Below are positions 17,619 through 24,712 of a stretch of 27,731 nucleotides of DNA, piece by piece. The DNA is taken from NCBI GenBank assembly GCA_015486815.1, contig WFQY01000529.1, positions 1-27,731 of the forward strand, in the 5' to 3' direction. The notes beneath the pieces were generated by a model. The model saw only the letters and a list, made by a program, of their open reading frames with translations, searched no databases and had not been told where the DNA came from. Numbering within the stretch: position 1 is the stretch's first letter; every line of letters starts with the position of its first letter. The translations under genes were made by a program, and so were the position numbers. The stretch comes from Phycisphaerae bacterium (GTDB lineage Bacteria; Planctomycetota; Phycisphaerae; JAAYCJ01).

Positions 17619-18639
17619 CTATATCTCCGGTACCTCCCCTGCCGGCTATTACTATCTCACCGGCATCATCGAGACGCCTGACTATATCGACTATCTTCTG
17701 CTGAGCCATTTCGACATCAGAAAGTTTTACAGGCCCCATAAATTCCATCTCGTCCTTAATCATAGCAGCTGCCCGCTCAGACATATTTCTGAATATCTTC
17801 TCTTTTAGTTCGTCGGACGCTGTCTTGAGTGCAAGTGCAAGGTCAGCATTGTCAACCTCTTTGAGAACCGTTTGAATTCCTCTGTCGTCAACAAGATTTA
17901 TATCCTCGAAGACAAACATAAGCTTGCGGATTTCCTCGACGAGTTCCGGATCGCTTTCCTCGAGTTGTTCGAGTATTGCCTTTTCCGTCGCCCTGTCCGC
18001 AAGATTCAAAATCTCCGCTACCGTTTCAACTCCGCCAGCCTTTTCAAATGTCTGCGAAACAATATCGGAAAGCCTACTTTCAAGACCCTTTTCCACCTCA
18101 CGAATAACTTCCGGATTAGTATGTTCCATCCTCGCTATTCGCATAACCACTTCAAGCTGTTTGTCCTGATTGAGTCCTGCGAGTATCTCGCTGGCTTTAT
18201 CCGGATGAAGGTGCGATAGTATCAATGCTATCGTCTGAGGATGCTCATCCTGAATAAATGTAAGCAGATTATCGCTTTCCGCCTTTTGCAAAAATGAAAA
18301 CGGCGTAGCATTTACCGTCTGCTCTATCTGCTCCATAATATGTTCCGCTTCTTCTTTAGGAAGCGACTTTTCCAATAATTTTTTAGCAAGTAAAAGCCCT
18401 CCCTGCTCCGCATACGACTGAGCAAGTGCGAGATTATAAAATTCCTCGACAACTTTGTTGGAAACTTCCATCGAAACATTTTCGAGAGACGCAATTTCTT
18501 TGGTAACTTCCTCGACAGAGTCGCGGTCAAGCCTCTTGAGTATCTCAGCAGCTGCCTCCTCGGGCAGACTCAACAACAAAATAGCTGCTTTTCTTACACC
18601 CGTAATCTCTTTACCACTTTCTTTCATTACTGCTGGCAT
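17611..18639 (-). CDS. fliG: Rotor/switch protein FliG
   Basis: RKAAILLLSL, EHPQ, GG hinge, MFVFEDI, torque-helix region RNMSERAAAMIKDEMEFMGPVK. Confidence 0.98.
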   Translation of the reverse strand: MPAVMKESGKEITGVRKAAILLLSLPEEAAAEILKRLDRDSVEEVTKEIASLENVSMEVSNKVVEEFYNLALAQSYAEQGGLLLAKKLLEKSLPKEEAEHIMEQIEQTVNATPFSFLQKAESDNLLTFIQDEHPQTIALILSHLHPDKASEILAGLNQDKQLEVVMRIARMEHTNPEVIREVEKGLESRLSDIVSQTFEKAGGVETVAEILNLADRATEKAILEQLEESDPELVEEIRKLMFVFEDINLVDDRGIQTVLKEVDNADLALALKTASDELKEKIFRNMSERAAAMIKDEMEFMGPVKLSDVEMAQQKIVDIVRRLDDAGEIVIAGRGGTGDIVV

Positions 18640-18659
18640 AATTTTCTCGCTCTATATTC

Positions 18660-20297
18660 CTATTTATCCTTTTTTATCCACTGTTTAATAAGGTTAGCTG
18701 ACGCAGCAGGATCCTCCTTGACCAATGTCGAAACCTGCTCTGCCATCTTCTTGTTTCGTACCGTATCTTCATCCACCTCGATTGCCTGAAGGAAGCCATC
18801 GGTTGTTTCCGCTTCCCCTATAGGACCTTCATCCGCATCAAGCATAGGGGGCGGCTCCTTACTGCCCGAAGTTCGTTCAACATCAGGCACGGAAACATTA
18901 GCGGTGGTCGCTTTCTTCAATATCATCAACACCATAAGCAACGAACTGAACACTAAAACAACCAAACCAAGCGGTTTGGCATATTGTGCAAATCCGCTTA
19001 TCGAAGATGTGCTTGCAGTATCAGCTATCGCAGTTGTGCCCGCTAAATGTCCCGTATCATAAAACCAACTGACTTCCACATCCTTCGGATCGTTTGTATT
19101 TATTATAGGCATTACTTTCTTGCGAATATCTTCAATCTGAGCTGTGATAATCGGCTTAAGGTCAGCTTCTGTCGGTTTTTCCGTTTTACCTGTCTGCTGT
19201 TTGTAAATTTGCTCAAAATAACTATGAGGGATATTTACCGTCGCTCGAATAGACTTTACCGTCCCTGCAAGATTTTGCTTGACGACAGTGGTAACATCAC
19301 GCTGTCCGTTATATTCCGTATCCGATTCCGTTTTGGACGACTTATTTACATTCGGCTGAACAGTAGATACGGACAAACCGGTATTCGGTCTTACCCCCGG
19401 CTGACCGCCCGGCTGGGGTTCTTCCGAAACATCTTCTACATTATGCTCACGTGAAACGACAGGCTCGCCATACTTTTGCTGCTCTGTCTTTATCTTTTCC
19501 GTCTCAAGATCGACGAACACACCGACAAGTGCATCGGGTATTCCCAATATCTCTTTTATCTTCTCTCCGAAGTGCTTTTCATATTGTCTTCGAGTTTCCA
19601 ATACATCCGAAGCAAACAGCGAATCTTCTTTCGATACCCGATATGGAATTCCGTCCGCAACTATTCTTACGCGATCGCGTTCGAGGCGGTTTACCGCTCC
19701 GGAAACAAGGTCAGCGACAGCTTCTATTACTTTACGCGATGGTTTAACGCCAGGCTGCATCTGCAGATAGACCGCAGCTGACGGGTCGGAACTTGGGCCG
19801 CCTGATAAAAGCCGTTTACTACCCGTATTGACGATAACGTGTGCATCTCTGACACCATCCATCAACTGAATTACCTGCGCCAATCGTTGTTCGCGTGCAA
19901 GCTGCCACCGTCTTCGTCTGTCTTCAGCAGGCAGCCACATATCACTTTTTAATATAAGATTCCGCCAACCTTTCGAGAGATCACTTGGTAGTGCACTGGC
20001 GAGTTGAAGCCGAGCAAGCAAACGATTTTGATCCTGACGTCTAACCAAAATCTTTCCGTTTTCGACTTTATATTTTACATCCCACATATCGAAACGATTT
20101 TCTATATTGGCAAGCTGAGTATCGCTAAACGTCTGATCAAGCAACGGTATCATCTCAGGCTTAGCTGTCCAGACAATCGTCCAGACCGACGATATCGCAA
20201 TCAATGCGACCAGCAGGATATAAACAAGCTTTTGACTTGTGGTAAGGGACAAAAAATGTTCCTTTACCTGAACAAGTGCTTTTTTGATAAATTCCAT
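18660..20297 (-). CDS. fliF: MS-ring protein FliF
   Basis: Two TM segments flanking a periplasmic region (EQRLAQVIQLMDGVRDAHV, PSAAVYL, VADLVSGAV); C-terminal PAASANLIKQW; SD GAGGT. Confidence 0.95.
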   Translation of the reverse strand: MEFIKKALVQVKEHFLSLTTSQKLVYILLVALIAISSVWTIVWTAKPEMIPLLDQTFSDTQLANIENRFDMWDVKYKVENGKILVRRQDQNRLLARLQLASALPSDLSKGWRNLILKSDMWLPAEDRRRRWQLAREQRLAQVIQLMDGVRDAHVIVNTGSKRLLSGGPSSDPSAAVYLQMQPGVKPSRKVIEAVADLVSGAVNRLERDRVRIVADGIPYRVSKEDSLFASDVLETRRQYEKHFGEKIKEILGIPDALVGVFVDLETEKIKTEQQKYGEPVVSREHNVEDVSEEPQPGGQPGVRPNTGLSVSTVQPNVNKSSKTESDTEYNGQRDVTTVVKQNLAGTVKSIRATVNIPHSYFEQIYKQQTGKTEKPTEADLKPIITAQIEDIRKKVMPIINTNDPKDVEVSWFYDTGHLAGTTAIADTASTSSISGFAQYAKPLGLVVLVFSSLLMVLMILKKATTANVSVPDVERTSGSKEPPPMLDADEGPIGEAETTDGFLQAIEVDEDTVRNKKMAEQVSTLVKEDPAASANLIKQWIKKDK

Positions 20298-20366
20298 ATC
20301 TGCCTACCTCACATCTTGCCAATTTTTTAACGACCAAACTCACTGCCGACCATCATAGGCGTATTA

Positions 20367-20580
20367 CTCAAACTGACCGATTTTAAATACTGTCTTTGCG
20401 TAACTCTTTATTTGCCAATAATTATGCACAAACTGCCATTCCCGCGAAAGCGGGAATCCATATTCTCACCGACCAAATGGATTCCGCATCTCCGCTACGC
20501 TACGTGCGGTTCCGAAGGAATGCCTTCGGCAAATGACGCGGTAGAAACAAATAATTTTATGTCAAATCGGTCAGTTTGAG
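20367..20580. mobile_element. MITE-like non-autonomous element with 17-bp perfect terminal inverted repeats and target-site duplication
   Basis: CTCAAACTGACCGATTT (20367-20383) vs AAATCGGTCAGTTTGAG (20564-20580); TTA on both flanks (20364-66, 20581-83). Alternative reading: 18-bp TIR 20366-20581 with TATT duplication. No ORF inside. Confidence 0.75.
20435..20537. repeat. REP/dRS3-like palindromic doublet inside the MITE, second arm interrupted by a 22-nt hairpin
   Basis: ATTCCC-GCGAAAGC-GGGAAT (20438-20457); GGAATCCAT/ATGGATTCC inverted pair (20453-20461, 20477-20485); CCGAAGG-AATG-CCTTCGG (20512-20529). Confidence 0.85.
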
Positions 20581-20586
20581 TTATTA

Positions 20587-20901
20587 TTACATCCGCATAT
20601 TGCGAATTTCCGTATATGCACTTATAAGCTGATTTCGTATCTGCATCATCAGCGAAAATGCAATATCCGCCTTCTTAACAGCAGAAAAAACCTCCGCAAC
20701 ATTATCCGTCTGACCCGTAGCCAATTTCTCCGTAGCGTTTTGCGCTTCCTGCTGCAATTTGTTTACCTGCTCGAGACTATCCATCAAGAGCCTCTTAAAA
20801 TCCTTTCCACCGGATTTATCCACCGGGCTCTTTTCGCCTATGCCACCACCGACAGCTTTGTTTATTCCACCGGTCGTCAAAGAATTTAATTTATCTACCA
20901 T
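20587..20901 (-). CDS. fliE: Hook-basal body protein FliE
   Basis: DFKRLL..SLEQVNKLQ......LATGQTDNVAEVF.AVKKADIAFSLMMQIRNQLISAY.EIRNM; ATG 20901 has better SD spacing (GGAG, 8 nt) than ATG 20907. Confidence 0.96.
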   Translation of the reverse strand: MVDKLNSLTTGGINKAVGGGIGEKSPVDKSGGKDFKRLLMDSLEQVNKLQQEAQNATEKLATGQTDNVAEVFSAVKKADIAFSLMMQIRNQLISAYTEIRNMRM

Positions 20902-20954
20902 CTTCATTACTCCAAAAGAAGCAATTACCTAACAATCTCACTCCACTCACTCAA

Positions 20955-21368
20955 CTATCCCAAAATCCTCAAAGCACTCGTTATCATCGATTTGCTCAAA
21001 TCGTAAGAAGCAAGATTCGCTTCATACGCACGAACAGCTTCTATCGCATCTACCTGTTCCAACGCAAGGTCGATATTCGGATATCGAACATATCCCTTAT
21101 AAGGACCTGACTTTATCGCATCTTTATGTCCCGGATCATATCGCAGCTTAAAATCCGACATATCCTTTTTAATAGCAGCTACCTTTACGCCACTTTGAGC
21201 ATCTCCCGCACCGCCCTGTTGAAAAACCACAAAACGTCTGCGATACGGAATAGGCCTGCCCTTATCGTCTTCGGTAACGTCCACCATCGCTATATTGCCA
21301 GCGATAACGTCCATCCGTGTCCGCTGAGCAATAAGACCCGACTTACTTATATCGAGTGATGCAAACAT
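20955..21368 (-). CDS. flgC: Proximal rod protein FlgC
   Basis: LDISKSGLIAQRTRMDVIAGNIA, PYRRR, YDPGH.DA, GYV.YPNID, RAYEAN. Confidence 0.97.
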   Translation of the reverse strand: MFASLDISKSGLIAQRTRMDVIAGNIAMVDVTEDDKGRPIPYRRRFVVFQQGGAGDAQSGVKVAAIKKDMSDFKLRYDPGHKDAIKSGPYKGYVRYPNIDLALEQVDAIEAVRAYEANLASYDLSKSMITSALRILG

Positions 21369-21376
21369 AACTTATC

Positions 21377-21763
21377 TTAAATCCTCAAAGCAATTGCTCG
21401 TTCCAACAATGCATATCTGCTACGAAGCAATTCCACCGAAACATTATGCAAAAGTGTATTTTCCGTAGCATTTGTTATCTGTTTTTCTATGCTACGATTG
21501 TTCTTATCGTGAAAAACCAGATACTGATCGTAATCAACCTTAGCATTGACCTTCTCAGGCTCCGCATTGCCTCTGTCGCGATTTTCAATTTCACGTTTGA
21601 GATTTTCGCGAAACTTCGCTACATCGAGGTCGCGCATCTTATATCCCGGCGTATCGATATTTGCGATATTATTCGCAAGTATCTTTTGGCGATTTTCGGT
21701 AAAGCTTATAACCTTATCGAGTACGCCTATCGAGCTATTCCCAAACATTCCGTCAAGCCACAT
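21377..21763 (-). CDS. flgB: Proximal rod protein FlgB
   Basis: RQKILANNIANIDTPGYKMRDLD; start placed at ATG 21763 behind SD AGGGAG and downstream of the sigma54 promoter. Confidence 0.96.
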   Translation of the reverse strand: MWLDGMFGNSSIGVLDKVISFTENRQKILANNIANIDTPGYKMRDLDVAKFRENLKREIENRDRGNAEPEKVNAKVDYDQYLVFHDKNNRSIEKQITNATENTLLHNVSVELLRSRYALLERAIALRI

Positions 21764-21814
21764 TTCAGGCTCCCTAATCAAACCTACATACAGACACTGA
21801 CCTACCAAAACAAA

Positions 21815-21830
21815 TGCAAATCACGTGCCA
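21815..21830 (-). promoter_or_regulatory. Sigma-54 -24/-12 promoter for the flgB operon
   Basis: Minus strand TGGCAC-GTGAT-TTGCA is an exact match to TGGCAC-N5-TTGCW; predicted TSS near 21804; directly downstream of a sigma54 activator gene. Confidence 0.9.
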
Positions 21831-21884
21831 CAATTCAACACACTGTAATAAAAGCACTTACAAAACTCAAACGACTGCTTTTGT

Positions 21885-21919
21885 CGCATAAATTGCGCAC
21901 CTGTGCGCATAAATTGCGC
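21885..21919. promoter_or_regulatory. Tandem candidate upstream activator sequences for the sigma54 enhancer-binding protein
   Basis: 14-bp direct repeat CGCATAAATTGCGC at 21885-21898 and 21906-21919 (21-bp period); the second copy is the perfect palindrome GCGCA-TAAAT-TGCGC; centres about -88 and -108 from the predicted TSS. Confidence 0.68.
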
Positions 21920-23283
21920 TACGAAGCCATAAGCGTTACTCCCTCCTCCTGCCAACGTTTAAGCTTCAATCCCAAAGTCCGCAACCCTATGCCCAATGCT
22001 TGAGCGGTCTTGGCACGATGACCGTTGTACTGCTGAAGCGTTTTCAATATCAATTCCCGCTCCATATCTTCCATAAGATGACCGTGCCTGGCTTTAAGCA
22101 TTCCCTCCGTTTGCGAATTCGTCAGCCAAGACCTTATCATCTCAGCTGTTATTTCCTGACCGCCCGAAAGTACCCACGCTCGCTCGATAAGATTCTCAAG
22201 CTCACGGACATTTCCGGGCCAATTGTATTCCGTAAGACATTTGACGACCGCTTTGTTGAGTTTGCACGGTTCACGGCCTTCGCGTTGTGCTATTCGTTTG
22301 AGAAAATAGTCCGCAAGCAAGGGAATATCCTCACGCCTTTCGCGAAGCGGAGAAATATAAATCGGCAGGACGCTGAGACGATAATATAAATCTTCTCTGA
22401 ACTTACCTTCGCTTACCCACTGCTGGAGATTCCTATTCGTTGTAGCTATCACTCTGACGTCAATCTGTCTGGTAACACTACTTCCTACGCGTTCAAATTC
22501 CTTTTCCTGCAAGACGCGTAGTAGCTTGGCTTGGAGGGTCAGGGGTATCTCGGAAATTTCATCGAGCAACAGCGTCCCACCGTCGGCGAGCTCGAATCTA
22601 CCTTTACGCAATTTATCCGCACCTGTAAATGCACCTTTTTCGTGCCCGAACAATTCGCTTTCGAGTAAATTCTCGGACAACGCAGCACAATTAAGGCACA
22701 GCATAGGTCTGTCCGCACGATTGGATTGACGATGAATTGCACGAGCTATCAACTCCTTTCCCGTTCCGCTTTCTCCTTCTATAAGCACTGTCGAATCGCT
22801 CGGTGCAATTCTCGATATCTGTTCTCTAAGCTGACGAATAATAAGTGATTCTCCGACGAGCTTACGAGAATTATTTATATCGTTAGCTGTCCGTTTCAAT
22901 GCCTCATTCTCACGCCTAAGACTACTTGCTTGCAATGCACGAGAGACCAAAAGCTCTATTTCATCCGCTTCGAACGGCTTTTGTATATAATCGTACGCTC
23001 CGAGCTTCATCGCTTCCACCGCAGATGAAACACTGCCAAATGCAGTCATCACTATCACGGGCATATCCAAGCCCGCTCTGCGAAGCTCACGAAGAAGTTC
23101 GACACCATCCATTCCCGGCATCTTCAAATCAGTAATAACAAGATCGAATGAATTTTTCTTTATCGAATCGAGAGCAACCTCGGCACCAGCATAGCTAAAC
23201 ACAGTATAGCCGGCACGCGAAAGCGTACACGAAAGAGAATCTCTCAATAATTCCTGATCATCAACGACTGCTATTCTGGTCAT
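21919..23283 (-). CDS. Sigma54-dependent response regulator (REC-AAA+-HTH), FlgR/FleR/AtoC type
   Basis: REC VVDD..LVITDLKMPGMDG..YIQKPF; GESGTGKE, NCAAL, ESELFGHEKGAFTGA, LLLDEI, FREDLYYRL, WPGNVREL; Fis-type HTH; SD AGGAG. Confidence 0.96.
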   Translation of the reverse strand: MTRIAVVDDQELLRDSLSCTLSRAGYTVFSYAGAEVALDSIKKNSFDLVITDLKMPGMDGVELLRELRRAGLDMPVIVMTAFGSVSSAVEAMKLGAYDYIQKPFEADEIELLVSRALQASSLRRENEALKRTANDINNSRKLVGESLIIRQLREQISRIAPSDSTVLIEGESGTGKELIARAIHRQSNRADRPMLCLNCAALSENLLESELFGHEKGAFTGADKLRKGRFELADGGTLLLDEISEIPLTLQAKLLRVLQEKEFERVGSSVTRQIDVRVIATTNRNLQQWVSEGKFREDLYYRLSVLPIYISPLRERREDIPLLADYFLKRIAQREGREPCKLNKAVVKCLTEYNWPGNVRELENLIERAWVLSGGQEITAEMIRSWLTNSQTEGMLKARHGHLMEDMERELILKTLQQYNGHRAKTAQALGIGLRTLGLKLKRWQEEGVTLMAS

Positions 23284-24139
23284 CAGCCATACTCCTGTCC
23301 GAAAATACCTTTTGCTTTAAGGGCAATCTTATGGTGAATAATGCTCCGCTTGTCAGTTCCGATTTTCCGCAGGTTATCGAGCCGTTATGTGCCTCGATAA
23401 TTCGATGCACAATCGACAATCCAAGTCCGGTACCGGTATCTTTTGTCGTAAAGAACGGATTGAAAATTCTATCTGCCACCTCATCCGGAATACCAACACC
23501 ACTGTCGGAAATCTGTGTGATAACAAAATTATTTTTACGCTCCATATCGATAAGCACCTGTCCCTCGACGCCACTTGCTTCAATTGCATTGCGGATAACA
23601 TTCAAAAACGCTCGCTGAAGCATCGCACCGTCGCAAACAATTTTCACATTCATCGGCGTATGCACTGAAACCTGCGTTTTATTCTGCTCTATCATCGGTG
23701 TAAGCAATTCGACAGCGGAATTCAGTATTCGCACAACATCATCGGATTTGAATTTCGGTTTTACCGTATGTGTCAGTGCAAGAACATCGCTTACTATCCT
23801 ATCCAAATCCTTTACGCCACTGGCAATTTTGTCCGCTATTCGCTGAAGTTCAGGCTGATTTTCCAAATCGCGTCTGAGCAGATTAGCATAAAGCTGAATT
23901 CCGCCGAGCGGATTCCGTATCTCATGTGCCAAGCCAGCTGCCATCTCTCCGAGAGCAGCCAATCGTTTTCTTCTTTCAAGCTGACGATTTTTATTTTCAA
24001 GTTCCCTGCGAAGACGTCTTACCTCACGCTGAAGCGCATTATGACTCTCTTGCAACCGTTCGGTCGCCTGATTATATCCTGCGATAATATTCGCAAGGTC
24101 TTCTTCCGTAAGATTCAATTTTTCCATCGTTTGAGCCAT
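23261..24139 (-). CDS. Soluble histidine kinase lacking a recognisable sensor domain, FlgS/FleS-like
   Basis: H-box LGEMAAGLAHEIRNPL, N-box FLNVIRNAIEA, DSGVGI, IFNPFFTTK..GTGLGL; only a ~60-aa coiled coil upstream. Start ATG 24139 or TTG 24148; 23-nt overlap with the regulator gene. Confidence 0.95.
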   Translation of the reverse strand: MAQTMEKLNLTEEDLANIIAGYNQATERLQESHNALQREVRRLRRELENKNRQLERRKRLAALGEMAAGLAHEIRNPLGGIQLYANLLRRDLENQPELQRIADKIASGVKDLDRIVSDVLALTHTVKPKFKSDDVVRILNSAVELLTPMIEQNKTQVSVHTPMNVKIVCDGAMLQRAFLNVIRNAIEASGVEGQVLIDMERKNNFVITQISDSGVGIPDEVADRIFNPFFTTKDTGTGLGLSIVHRIIEAHNGSITCGKSELTSGALFTIRLPLKQKVFSDRSMADDQNSSR

Positions 24140-24144
24140 AGCAA

Positions 24145-24618
24145 TCAACCTGTAAACTGAAAGTTGTTTCCCGAACTGTTTCTGTTTGTCTGATTTTTGG
24201 CATAACTATTCATTACCGACTTTACCTTCTGAGCGCTGTCTATCTGTTGATGTACCTGCCGCTTAGCAGCTGACAGTTTTTCGCTGTCCTGTTTGTCATC
24301 TTCGAGTATCTCATCAAGCATCTGCTGAAGCTCAGCTAAGAGGCTTTGAATTGACTGCTTAAGCTGGGTTGGTATAAGCTCTTTCAATTCCTGCCATTCC
24401 TTACGGTAAGGCTCTGACTGCTTATGAATTTTGGCAATAGCATCAACGATTTTCTGTCGCTGACCCAAAATTCTTATAAGTTCCTCTGGCTGATCCGCTT
24501 CTATCAATGCCCGCTGTTGTTTGGAAAGCCTACGAAGCTCGAGATAATACTGACGCTGACGTTTGAGTAAATCAAACAGTTCCGTACCCGTTTTTGTTGC
24601 ATCCTGCATTTTAATCAC
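24145..24618 (-). CDS. flgN: FlgN/FliT-like flagellar export chaperone
   Basis: All-helical; L.DLLKRQ...Y.EL..LSKQQRALI......ELI.IL..RQ.IVD.I pattern and C-terminal SY; GTG start with GGGAG. FlgN versus FliT is not resolvable by eye. Confidence 0.62.
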   Translation of the reverse strand: MIKMQDATKTGTELFDLLKRQRQYYLELRRLSKQQRALIEADQPEELIRILGQRQKIVDAIAKIHKQSEPYRKEWQELKELIPTQLKQSIQSLLAELQQMLDEILEDDKQDSEKLSAAKRQVHQQIDSAQKVKSVMNSYAKNQTNRNSSGNNFQFTG

Positions 24619-24655
24619 TGTTTTCTCCCAAAACAGAATTTCTATTTTCTTTCGT

Positions 24656-24712
24656 CTCTTCTATTCTTCTCTTCTGTTCTTCTATATCAATTACTCGTAT
24701 ATCAATTACTCG
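24656..24712. repeat. Two adjacent tandem duplications: 13-bp (1 mismatch) and perfect 15-bp spanning the TPR-gene stop
   Basis: ctcttctattctt/ctcttctgttctt (24656-24681); tatatcaattactcg x2 (24683-24697, 24698-24712). Confidence 0.9.

Noticed and set aside
3283-20297. Interpretation as a non-flagellar type III injectisome because stators are missing
   Set aside because: Rod (flgBC, fliE), hook (flgDE, fliK), flhF/flhG, fliL and fliA are present, and FliG torque residues are intact; no secretin or needle genes
20366-20581. CRISPR array or tRNA/ncRNA interpretation of the palindrome-rich spacer
   Set aside because: No regularly spaced direct repeats with unique spacers, no cas genes and no cloverleaf; a nested TIR/REP structure explains it
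21764-21810. c-di-GMP riboswitch in the flgB leader, as in clostridia
   Set aside because: The predicted leader is only ~40 nt and lacks the conserved motifs
21831-21884. IHF site between the sigma54 promoter and the activator boxes
   Set aside because: Best matches (ATTCAA-N4-CTG, ACTCAA-N4-CTG) deviate from WATCAA-N4-TTR at two or more key positions
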